Assembly: GCA_043228905.1 (NCBI GenBank) | Contig: JBHGNT010000012.1 | Span: 5,642,001 to 5,706,000 of the forward strand | Origin: Azolla caroliniana | Lineage: Eukaryota; Plantae; Polypodiophyta | Direction: 5' to 3' | Length of the DNA: 64,000 nucleotides | Part shown: positions 27,329 through 39,200 of the stretch, piece after piece | How the letters are laid out: each line of letters begins with the position of its first letter | Position numbering within the stretch: position 1 is the stretch's first letter | Notes under the pieces: generated by a model | What the model was told of the DNA's origin: nothing | The model's database searches: none | Seen by the model: only the letters and a program-made list of their open reading frames with translations | Program-made: the position numbers and the translations under genes

Positions 27329-27947
27329 GATGTTTTAGATAACAAACAATATTCACAAGGAGTGATAGACTTAAAAACAATTAGGCGTTATATCATTCGA
27401 GTTCTTACAAGCTTAGATCTGTTATACATTGATGCTAAAAATACAATCAAGAGTTACTTGCATCATTGTCATCATCCCTCTAATAAGAATCACTATTATA
27501 GCTATCATGATATGGCATCAAAAGGAATTGAACATGATGTTTTAGATAACAAACAATATTCACAAGGAGTGATAGACTTAAAAACAATTAAGCCTTATAT
27601 CATTCGAGTTCTTACAAGCTTAGATCTGTTATACATTGATGCAAAAAATACAATCAAGAGTTACTTCATCACTGTCATCATTCCTCTAATAAGAATCACT
27701 ATTATAGCTATCATGATATGGCCTCAAGAGGAATTGAACATGATGTTTTAGATAACAAATCATATTCACAAGGAGTCATAGACTTAAAAACAATTAAGCG
27801 TTATATCATTCGAGTTCTTACAAGCTTAGATTTGTTATACATTGAGGCCAAAAATACAATCAAGAGTTACTTGCATCATTGTCATCATCCCTCTAATAAG
27901 AATCACTATTATAGCTATCATGATATGGCCTCAAAAGGAATTGAACA
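27329..27947. repeat. Tandem repeat, ~206 bp x3, spanning the junction between flank and LTR start
   Basis: tgatgttttagataacaaa at 27329, 27535 and 27741. Each unit ends with the first ~30 bp of the LTR at 27916. Confidence 0.9.
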
Positions 27948-28357
27948 CTTAACCTTACGTTACACAAGTTGAGGGCATACCATTAAGTTATTCATTGTAA
28001 TAAAAAAAATATTATTTTCATTTATATTCTAGATTACTCTAGAACATTCTAGAAACTTCAAGAATACTCCTGATAATACTATAAATAGAGGCATATGGCA
28101 CTATTCAGAACCAATTCGGTTCAAACGGTTACAGTAGTACTGTCAAAATTAGCTTACCCAAGTGGTAAGTCATCTACATTACTAGTATTACATCTTGGGT
28201 TCGAAACCCAATTTTCTAACCTCCCTATTACTCCATAAATATCTCTTATTTCACTAGATGCCACTGTGGAATGTAGGGGTTGAGCCCATGACCACTTGGT
28301 CTCCATTAGGTAACGCTACCAACTGAGCTCTCTCTCTCTCTCTCTCTTATCGTAATT

Positions 28358-28425
28358 ACCTTACCCTAGTGGTAAGTTGTTAGCACTACAAGCATTGTGT
28401 TCTGGGTTCGAAACCCAACTTCCTC
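28358..28425 (+). ncRNA. tRNA-like module; second copy at ~28152-28215
   Basis: A-box-like TACCCTAGTGGTAAG and T-arm TGGG-TTCGAAA-CCCA. Confidence 0.5.
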
Positions 28426-28477
28426 ACCTCTCTATTATATACTTCTTATATATCTCTTAATTCACTAGATGCCACTG

Positions 28478-28548
28478 TTGAATGTAGGGGTTGAACCCAT
28501 GACCACCTGGTCTCCATTGGGTAACCTTACCAACTGAGCTACATCCAT
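28478..28548 (-). ncRNA. tRNA-like module (degenerate, not a functional tRNA call); truncated copy at ~28267-28330
   Basis: 71 nt with A box TAGCTCAGTTGG, B box GGTTCAACCC and an acceptor-like stem atggatg/cattcaa. The anticodon arm pairs poorly. Confidence 0.55.
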
Positions 28549-28689
28549 ATGGGCTCTCTCTCTCTCTCTCGATTCCCACATAATATTTCCCGCGTCTCTA
28601 CATCTAGTACTAATCCTCACGTTACTCTCTCACTCTCTTTCCTCTATCTCTAGTACTAATCCTCTCGACCTCTAGTAATACTTCTGACA

Positions 28690-28927
28690 GTTTGAACTGA
28701 ATTCGTTCTGAATAGTGCCATATGCCTCTATTTATAATATTATCAAGAGTATTCCTAAAGTTTCTAGAATGTTCTACGGAAATTTAGAATATACATGAAT
28801 TTTTTGTAATAAAATAATAAATGAAAAGAACATTTTTTTGTATTACAATGAATAACTTAATGGTATAGCCTCAACCCGTGTAACATAAGGTTACAAACTC
28901 AATTCCTTTCGGGGTCATATCATGATA
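28690..28927 (-). mobile_element. Inverted U3 portion of the same LTR family
   Basis: Reverse-complement match to 27916-28127 including the TATA box; ends catatcatgata. Confidence 0.8.
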
Positions 28928-31900
28928 CAGGCTGGAGAGTAGCATGTCGTTCACACAAATGATGAGGAAGATGGGTGACCCATCTCGAGATGTCTCGGTG
29001 AAAAGGTAGTGGTCCTCATCGCTCGTTGAGAAGATGACTGATTGGATGAAATCATCAAACTTCTTATACCATTGCTTGGTGCCTACTTCAGGCCGTATAG
29101 ACTCTTCTTGAGTCTGTAGAGTAGATGTTCTTGGCCGAATACCGCACAACCTTTCAGTTTCTCCATATAATTTTCCTCCTCTAGGTCACTATGGAGGAAG
29201 GTCGTTTTAACATCTAGCTAGATCAACTCTAAGTCCTCGACTTCCACAACGCCGAGCGTGAAGCGAAGGGTGGTCATTTTCACTACTAGTGAAAAGATGT
29301 AATCAAAATTGATGCCATATTCCTATCAAAACCCATTCGCTACTAATCTGGCCTTGATTTTTGGGTTGGTCAAATTAGACGTCTCTTTTAGTCTATAGAC
29401 CCACTTGCACGGAAGTTCATGTCGATTTTTTGGTGGTTCGACCAGGTCCTAAGTCCTATTCTGCTGAATGGAGTTCATCTCTGACTCCATCACCAAATGC
29501 CATTTGGCTGAATCGGCTAATGCCGATGCTTCTTCATATGATGTCAGCTCACCAACGTCCGTGAAGAAGATTCTAGGAGAGTATCTCTTAGGAGGCTGTG
29601 ATAGTCTTTCGAATCGACTTGGTATGACTGGGCTAGCTAGATTGGGTGTCTGGGTCAGATGGTTCGGAGCCGAAGCATTTGGCTATGCCAAATCGGCTGG
29701 AGCTGATTCGGTGCTAGAGGATTCGACTACCCATGAAGCCGACCTCGTGTTATGAGTTGGGCCATCATGAAGGGCCGACACTTCTGAAAAAGTTACCATT
29801 TGGACTTCAATAGGCCTTTCGACCGTCTTGTGCATGTTCGACTTGTTGAAGACCACGTCCAAACTTTGGGTGATTTGTCTATTCAATGGGCCTATAGTCG
29901 GTATCCGATTTTGCTGTCTAGTCCATAGCCAAGGAAAATGCATTTCTTGGACCTCAGTTGAAGTTTTCAACGATTGTCTTTCGGTATAAGGGCATATGCT
30001 TCGCATCCAAAAATCCTCAGGTTGTCATAATGCGGCTTACTATCGGTTCATAATTCCTAAGGTATTTGATGTCCTAGAGGTCTGCTCAGCGACATATTAA
30101 TTATGTGTACTACCATAAGTAGGGCTGCTACCCAGAAACCATCTGACAATTCGGACTGTTGGAGCATAGCAACAATTCATTCTTGAATTGTCTGATTCAT
30201 CCGTTTGACAATTCTGTTCTGCTTTTGATTGTATGGTGCCGTGTATTCATGTCGAATGCTGTGCTGCCGACAAAATCCGAAGAATTCCTTTGATTTGAAC
30301 TCTCCTCCATTGTCAGACCGTAAGCATTTCAGCTTCCGGCCGGTCTGGTTCTCCACCATGGAAAGCCATTCGGAAAAGATCGAGATCACCCCGATCTTTG
30401 GTCCTGAGCGGGTATACCCACACCTTACAAATCGAATAATCAATGAAGCTAATGAAGTAGGAGGCGCCTCCAAGAGATTGATGTGGCATTGGGCCACAGA
30501 CATTTGAATGGACCAAATCGAGTGGACTCGATTCTCTTGGTGCTGTTGTCGGGTGTGTGATGTCCGTATTGGCAATGCTCGCAGAATTGGTGGTTAGAGG
30601 AGAGTTTGGGGATGTATCCGACTCTGGATAAATGCGTGATGTCAGCCTTGTTGAGGTGTCCGAGTCTGCCATGTCGCAATGATGACACGAGAATATTGAC
30701 TAGAAACAAGTCACCCTCTCTGAGTATGACATATAGCAGGTACAATGAATGTACTTTTGGACCTTGTTCAAGCAGGAGGTTCCCCCTGTGGAGTGTCCAC
30801 CCTCCTGATGAGAAGCTGATACGGATGCCATCTTCATCAAGTTGTTCAACTGAAATCAATAGTCTTGAGACCTCAGGAACATGTCAGACATTGTGTAGTA
30901 CTAGTGTAGAGCCACCCGAAAGGTTGAGCTCTACAATGACGATTCCAACTAGAGCAATGCTACAAATTTCCGACTCAAACTGAGTTGGAATGCTGGGCTG
31001 AATATTGATGAAACTAGGATCGACGAGGGGTCATGTCACATGTGGCAGCATGCACCTGAATCCAAGAGCCACGTGTTGATTCCTCAATCGTAAGCATACC
31101 TTTTGATTTGATTGGGTTTATCTATAAATAAGATGTTCAAATCATCCATTAGTGCTTCGGTTGATGAACTGATGTAGTTTACCTCCTCATGTTGGCTACC
31201 CTTTTGATAAGCTCACTGAGCTTTATCATTTCTTGATTTGAGGGCGCAAAAATCAGGTTTAACATGTTCAAGGTTCTTGCAATAGTTGTACATTCGGCTA
31301 TCCCTAGACTTGCTCCAGCGTCGCGCATTTGTCGATTGTTTGGTCAGCCAACCGAACCTTGTGCTACAAAAGCATCCTTGGCCGAATTGTGAATGAACGA
31401 TCTCCTCTGAATGTCTTCTATCAAAATTGAGCTCTTCGATTGAGAGTAGTTTATGATTGTTCTAGACGCGTTGCACACAATGGGGACATAGGTCTCCGAA
31501 GAAGGGGGTAGGCTGCTCGTCAACACAAGAGCTTTAATCTCGTCTTCAATTGTCATCCCCTAGGCCGACAATTGGGAATTTATGCTTTCATATTCATTGA
31601 TGTGATTGTAAAGGCGTCTGATTCTTTCATCTGAAGATTGTAAAGGCGTCAAATAAGATATATCTTTATGGCGGTGACCTTCTTCTCATAAGTGTCTGTT
31701 AGTTTTTTCCATAGTTCATAGGCAGTCAGACATGATTGCACCGTATAGTACACTAATTCGGACAGGTGCATCCGAATGGTGGCTTGAACAATCTGGTCAA
31801 GTTTTGTCGATTCATCTGACTTCAATTCTTGTGGAGTGTCTTTGTTCTCAACCGCGTCGATCTGATTTGATGATCAAGTAATCCTACATCTGCTCCTTCC

Positions 31901-32112
31901 AGAAGTTGAAGTTTGATTCGTCAAACATCCTTAGAATCATTTTGGATGAGCCGGATGTTGATGCCATATGTGTCAGCTCTAGGAGGCCTTGTATGGAGTT
32001 GGCTACAAGCAGTGGTTAGGTGTAGCTGGTTGGCTCACACGAATTCGTTCTAGTCGGATTTGGACACAAGCCAATTGGTTTCGACTATCGTTGGGTTCTG
32101 TTCAGAGTGACT
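28928..32112 (-). mobile_element. Copia 2: degenerate, LTR-less gag-PR-INT-RT(partial); same family as Copia 3
   Basis: Collinear with 37615-40825, cut just after the YVDD-equivalent motif, many stops and frameshifts. Confidence 0.9.
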
Positions 32113-32750
32113 ATTGTTAGATATGTTGTCTTCCTCTCCGGAGGCGACACCTTCACTTCCTAACCGAAATCGGACCAAGGGACTATGGTACGTGGTGGTC
32201 AGATTGCTTTTACGAAACGGGATGACACCCTACATATTACGTAAGAGGATACCTCGGGTTGTGCATACACGATAGGGAGAGATAGGTTACTTAACAATTA
32301 TTGAAAGCGAACAATGACACAAAATAGACCCAACACTGTTTAGATTTCGGAAATGAGTAGTGATTACAGTTACATGGCTATCTGCCAGAATGTATTAGAT
32401 ACACTGTAGTAGGATTAATTACGTAGTACCCTCAGACTTCTCTCCTATTTGTATCTCCCTCTTCCTTCGATCTGCTGCTCCTTATATAGATGTTCCTCAG
32501 TGCGCTCCTCCTCGGCACGTTTTCGGTTGTGTTTATTTTGGCTGCTTTTGATTGCTTTCGGTTGTTTACCTACTGCTACCTAATTCCTATTGCGATTCTC
32601 ATATGTTACTATTTTGGCCCATGGACAACACCTGACATGCCCGTGGGATAGTGGCTTGGCACGTTGAACCCAACAAATCGAAATTTCCAATTTGTAAAAA
32701 AACTTTGTTGAAATTCGTAAAAATTAATTCAGTATGTATTACAGTTAATC

Positions 32751-35288
32751 CTAGGTCAAAATGTGGAGGATTCCCTCCGTTTGGTTTGGTTCGGCTGTTA
32801 CGTCCTTTGGAATGGTCGCAGGGTCGGGTCGTGGTGCGCTGGTGTTTTCGGCCGAAATGTCTGTTGCAAGCTCCTTTTTGTTGTTGCACTGTAATATTGG
32901 GGAGGTTGGGGTGTGGCTCTCCGGCTTCATCGGTCGTTCGTCGACTGCGTTAGGTTGTTTTGGGGCGTTATCGTTCAAGGCTTGCTCCGTTTCGATCATC
33001 AACAACATTTGATCGTCGTTGAATTCCTCAAGGAGGGTGCCAATGGCTTTGGTGTGGGCCTCGGCAAAGGCATGAAAATCCTCAGTGAGGTCTTCTCGGA
33101 TCATTTGTATGCTGTTGTCGTTCATCTTGTAGAAGCCTTTTCTTTCTTTCCGTCGGTTTTCAACGTCTGCCCGTAGAACTTGTAATTCGACTGCTTGAGC
33201 TGACAATTGCTTCCAACCTGCAGCTAGTGTTTCTTCGATCTTTGGTTTAATTTCTGCCGCAGCTTCATGACTAACGCATTGATGTGTTCCTCCCGTTTGT
33301 CGTACATTGTTTGAAGAGCCAACGTCTCCTGTTTTGCTTTTTCGATGTTGAGCCGTAATTTCGCCGTGAATAGTTTGTAGAATGCATTGATTGACTTGAC
33401 CCTTCCCGCCGCTTCCTCCATTACTCTGTCGATTTGTTGGCTGAACTAAGTTCGAGCCTCCTCCAATTCCTTTACGTGCTTTTCTTGCTCTTGTTTGCGC
33501 TCCTGGATACTATTCATTTTGTGTTCGTGGAGCTCGTCAAATAACCGAGTGCACTCGTTTTCGACGTCTTCGTATTTTTGCAAAAATTTCCTCGATTGTG
33601 CCTGCATTTCGACTAGTTCTTTATTCAAGGCTGCAATCTGAGCTTCCGCTATATCTTGGAAGGAAGAGATCGTGGCCGTGGTTTTAGCGTTGGCTTTGCA
33701 CAATTGGGCTGCTTGTTCCTCGATCATTTTTCTTAGGGTGGCTTCTCTTTTGGTTCATTCTGTGCTGTTTGGTCATTGGAGGTAGAAGGGGGAGGCGGTA
33801 GAGCGAGCGGTGGTGGCTGATCCTGTGTTCGAAGTTGCTGCTCTAATTCGGCTCGTTGTGCTTTAGAGGCCTGCCATAGGTCTATGGTAGCTTTTGCTTG
33901 TTTTCTTGCCTCTTTGTTACGTGTATCCATGTCCTTGGCTGCACGCATGGCTCTGTCTAGTTCCCGGTAAACTTCGACCAACGTCGTGTGAGCTCAAGAA
34001 GCTCAATGTGTGTTCGACGTTTCTTTGTTGCCCATTTTTGGCCAACCTTTCGTAGTTTCGGCTCATCATCTGAAGCCGGCTCATTGTCTAAGGCCCTTTC
34101 TATGACCTACTGCTCGGCGTGTTCTTGGGCCATGCGGGACGCGACAACTACTTGGAGATGAGCCAAAAAGTCAATGAGCTCGTATGCCATGTTGGTTTGC
34201 AAAATTGCTCCGAGCTCGAATGCTTCTGCTGGCAAATCACGGAAGGTTAGTACTTCATCCTCTGAGAATCGTGATTGCTGGCCTTGCTCGATAGGTTTGT
34301 TGGGATCCAACGTGGTGGTTGTCACGATCGCGGTAGTCTCCTTCGGCGTGATGACCAATTGTTTGTTAACTCCTGTCATTTCATCCGTGCTCTATGTGGT
34401 GCTGCTAATGTCCGTGCGACGATGTTTTGTGGCCGGATCTGCCTCTTAGGATGCTTGTACATTGTGGTCCTTTTTTTGTTGGGTTTCCATTGATCGTGGA
34501 ACCTCTGGAACATGGTTTGGTTGTTCGGCCTGTTCGGCCTGTTCGGTTGGTTTTGAGTGTGGTGCCGGGCGGGGTGAGGGTATTGCCCGTGCCATCTTAT
34601 CACGACTGCGTATAGTGATGTTGTCCCCGTCTTCGGTGTTTTGCTCGTCTTGGGTTGTGGAGAGGGCCTGGGTATCGTCATCTTGCCACTCTTCATGCGA
34701 CAACTGCAACGTTCGTTGTCGTTTAGCCCTAGGGGGTGGAGCATGGAGTGCCAATGTCTATTGTGGTGGTTGTGCTTGGGGAGGGTACAACACGATAGTG
34801 TATTGTGCTAGTACGACTAAAAATCGTTTCCCCGATTGAAAAGAAGTGATGGCCGCTCAGACACCTTCAACGGTGATGATCCCCCAATCAATGGCTCCGC
34901 CACGGTAGGCCGTAATAATCAGCCTTGCCTTCTTCTTTGGCATGATGTAGGGGTTGGCGTGATCGCAAACGTATTCGAGGAGGAGGTGGGCAAGGTTCCC
35001 AAAAAACTCATTGGGGCTGCCATGCGTGTGATGGGCTTTTGCTGAGAGGGAATACTCTCCAAAGTGTTGCTCCAAGATGTGTTGAGGCGGCACGTTGATA
35101 TCGTGCTCACCCCCCCTCTTCAAACGAAGCACTGTGCGGATCATGTTGTTGGAGATGGTGTCGGGGTGGATCCTTCTGGCGATGGCCTGAGCCTCTGGGT
35201 GGGGAGGTGCGTCGAGGACGTTGAGATATCCTGAGAGGCCGTGACTAGACATCCATGTGCGAAATTCCTTAGATACTTCAAGCGGCAT
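32751..35288 (-). pseudogene. Extra ORF of element A (originally ~850 codons): globular N-terminus, acidic/proline-rich linker, long coiled coil
   Basis: Consecutive minus-strand fragments from MPLEVSKEF...GGAIDWG to heptad-rich segments, separated by point stops and frameshifts, between integrase and the 3' LTR. Confidence 0.75.
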
Positions 35289-36139
35289 GGTGATGGTTGG
35301 AGAGTAAGGTAGATAGGAGAAGGTTGTGGAGATGGAGAATGAGGGAAAACTTGGTAAAGGGGTTAGGTGGTGTCTTTCCACGGTACGGTTTCAAGTGAAA
35401 TCCGTTGACCCAATGCGGCAGCGCTTCGCCGGTCAGTGTGCCGAGTTGAAAGGTGCCATTGTACGTGTCGATTATCCAGAAAGGCCCTGTCCACCGGAAT
35501 CAAAGCTTGTCGGGCATAGCCCTGAGTTTTGTTTGGAAAACTAGGACCGGCTGCCCGATTTCAAAAGTTTTGTCCGGTATCCGACAATATTTGTCAACGA
35601 AGGCTTTCCTTTGTCTCTAGCCATGCTCCAATTGAGCCAAACTGGTAATTCGTTGTTCTCCGAGTTCGAGCAATTGGACCAGATGCTGGTGTTTGGATTC
35701 TGATTCCGGTAATCATTCGACTATTTGCAATTGTAAGTTGGGTACCTGGAATTCAATTGGCATTACAGCTTCTAATCCGAAAGCTAGCCGAAAAGGCGTT
35801 GAGCCGATACTGGTTTTATAGGTCGTGCGATAAGCCCATAAAGCACTGTGTAATTTATCGTCCCAATCCGTGCGATTTTCATTGATGATTTTCTTAAGAA
35901 TGGTCTGAAGGGTTTTATTTGTGGATTCGACAAGACCATTACCTTGGGGGTAGTACGGGGTGCTTTTCTTGTGTATGACGGCGTAGTGGGAGGTTAATTC
36001 GTGTATAATTCGATTGACAAAATGTCCTCCTTGATCACTTACTAGCTTGATTGGACAACCGAAATGACACCATAAATTTTCGTAAATGAATTTTGTAGTT
36101 GATACTGCCGTGTTATCTTGAAGCGCTTTTGCTTCGACC

Positions 36140-36217
36140 TGTTGGGGAACAAGGTCGTCAGTGCAAAAGAACAAGCAACATTTGTGATGGTGAAGAACCT
36201 GCGTATGCGACTGAGCA

Positions 36218-36268
<51 letters not shown>

Positions 36269-39200
36269 CACAAAAGAAACATTATATTTCTCAATAGCAA
36301 CAGTTACAAAATAACAACAACCGACCTTTTCTAAAGGTTACAAAGTCATTATATATAGTGACTATCCTAGGGCAACTGCCCTTTATGCTATTTACAGAAA
36401 TAGCCCAAACTTGGGCTGTCCAAAAAGGACAATGTGAATACGGCCATTATACACTCGTATCGACACTCCTCCGTAATGGGCGTATACATGGATTATCTGA
36501 AATTATAGGTATGTACAAGGTTGTCAGACAAATCGGTTTTGTTCGAGTCGGCAGGATCCGAAGATTGAAGCCTGAACCAGCTGGGTCGGTATATCTGAAG
36601 CCGATCCTCAAAGAACCGATGTCTGTTGTCCGGAACCATTTTGTGCTGTGTGTCTGACTTTAACCGGACCGATTTTTCGTTACGCCCATTTGGTGCCGAA
36701 GGGACCGAAAACGATCCGCGAAAAGACACTTGGTCATTCCATCTGCGACATTATCGGTTGTGGATATTTTCTCGAGACCTATTTTCCTTGAAATGACGTA
36801 GTCCCAAACAAAGTGATATCGAACGTCGATATGCTTGGAGGTGTTGTGGTGAACTAGATTCTTTGACAAAGCAACAACACCCCGATTGTCGCTGTAGACA
36901 ATTGGAGCCGAGTCGGAGTCAACTTGTCGAAATGTGTGCGCCAGCCGACTGAGCCATAAAGCTTCTTTTGCCGCATCGGACACAGCTACATATTCTGCTT
37001 CGGTCGTTGAAGTGGCTGTGCACTCCTAGAGTTTCGACTTCCACGAGATTGCTCCATTGCCGAATTTTAAGCAATATCCGGTTGTTGATTTCCGATTGTC
37101 CACACAGTCGGAGAATTCCGAGTCGGTGTAACCGACTACGCCTGAGGTTGGGTTTAGACCAAACAGGATGCTGTGGTCTTTTGTGCTAGCTAGATATCTG
37201 AACACATGCTTGACTGCATTCCACTGCGATCGGCCTGGGTTGTGCATGAATCTGATGACGACTCCTACGGCGTGAGAAATATCAGGCCGTGTCGTGACCA
37301 TTGCGTACATAAGGGAGCCGACTGTCGGTGCATACGGTACCGACTTCATATCTTCCCCCTCCGGACTGTATGTCGGGCAGTCTCGCTGAGACAACCAAAG
37401 GTTAATGGGGAGTGGGGTCGAAGTAGACTTGGCCGAGTGCATGTTGAAGCGTTCCAAGACACTTCCGATGTAGTCGGTTTGAGACAAGAAAAGTTGTCGT
37501 TTATCTCGATGCCGACTAATCTTCATACCAAGTATGTGTCTTGCCGGACCGAGGTCCTTCATGGCAAAGTTCAACTGTAGTCTCCGAACGAGTTCGGTGA
37601 GCTCTCCGACATGTCGACCGGAGAGGAGCATGTCGTCCACGTAAATGATGAGGAAGACGGGAGACCCATCTTGAGTTGTTTTGGTGAAGAGATAGTGGTC
37701 CTCATCGCTCTTGGAGAAGCCGACCGACTGGATGAGGTTGTCGAACTTCTTGTACCACTGTCGGGGTGCTTGTTTCAGGCCGTATAAGCTCTTCCTGAGT
37801 CGGCAGACTAGATGTTCCTGGCCGGATGCCACAAAGCCTTTCGACTGCTCCATATAGATTTCCTCCTGTAGGTCACTGTGGAGGAATGCCGTTTTTACAT
37901 CTAGCTGAATCAACTCCAAGTTGTCGGCGGCCACGACGCCGAGCATGAAACGAAGGGTTGTCATTTTCACCACTGGTGAAAAGATTTCGTCGAAGTCGAT
38001 GCCATATTCTTGTCGAAATCCCTTCGCAACTAATCTGGCCTTGTACTTTGGGTTGGTCAAGTCGGATGTCTCTTTTAGTCGATAGACCCATTTACACGGA
38101 AGAGCATGTCGATTCTTCGTTAAGTTGACTAAGTCCCAAGTCTTGTTTGCGCAAATGGAGTGCATTTCCGACTCCATCGCCAGATGCCAGGTGGCTGAGT
38201 CGGCAGATGTCGATGCTTCTTCGTAGGACGTTGGTTCGCCGGCGTAGGTAAAGAAAATTCCGGGAGAGTGCGACAGTCTCTCGGATCTTCGAGGTATGAC
38301 TGGACTGGTCGCACCGAGTATAGGTGTCGGATGGTCCGAAGCCGATCCATTCGGCTGTGCTGAATCGGTGGATTCAGGACAACAGGTGTCGGTTATCCTT
38401 GAAACCGATCTCATGTTGTGGGCTGGGCCTTCATGAAGGGTTTGCACTTCGGAAAATATTACCCTTCGGACTTCAATAGGCCTTTCGGCCGTTTTATGCA
38501 TAGCCGACTCGTTGAACACGACGTCCGAACTTCAGACGATTTGTTTGTGCTCGGGGTCCCAGAGTCGGTATCCGATCTCGCCGTTGGGTCCATATCCAAG
38601 GAAAATGTATTTCTTTGATCTTGGTTCGAGTTTCCAGCGGTCGTCTTTTGGTATGAGGGCATACGCCTCGCAGCCAAAGATCCTCAGCTTGTCATAATTC
38701 GGCTTACTACCAGTCCATGTTTCTTGAGGTATTTTAAGTCCTAGAGGTCTACTTGGCGACATATTTATGATGTGTATTGTCGTAAGTAGAGCCTCCGCCC
38801 AGAAGCCATCCAACATTCCAGAGTGTTGGAGCATGGATAATATGCGTTCTTCAATCGACCGATTCATGCGTTCAGCAATTTGGTTCTGCTCCGGACTATA
38901 GGGTGCCGTATATTCACGTCGAATGCCGCATTCCCAACAAAATTTGACGAATTCTTCAGACTTGAATTCTCCTCTGTTGTCGGTTCGGAGACATTTCAGT
39001 TTCCGACCGGTCTAATTTTCGACCATTGCAAGCCATTCAGAGAAGATCAAGAACACCCAATCTTTGGTTCTAATGGGGTAATCCCACACCTTCCGAGTCG
39101 AGTCTTCAATAAAATTGACAAAGTACGAAGCACCGCCGAGAGACTGATGTGGCATTGGGCCATAGACGTCCGAGTGGACCAAATCGAGGGGACTCGATTC

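Larger units (their letters stand above)
27916..28689 (+). mobile_element. Chromovirus-type LTR related to element D, containing tRNA-like modules
   Basis: Starts tatcatgatatgg and ends tgaca. It has TATAAATAGAGG at ~28080, a gaaccaattcggttcaaac palindrome and tagtactaatcct motifs shared with the D LTR. Confidence 0.75.

Noticed and set aside
27209-27972. 180-aa and 84-aa ORFs with repeated peptides; possible CRISPR-like array
   Set aside because: They arise from a head-to-tail 206-bp repeat with no unique spacers, in a eukaryotic context.
28150-28548. Functional tRNA genes
   Set aside because: Anticodon and D stems pair poorly, so they are reported only as tRNA-like modules.
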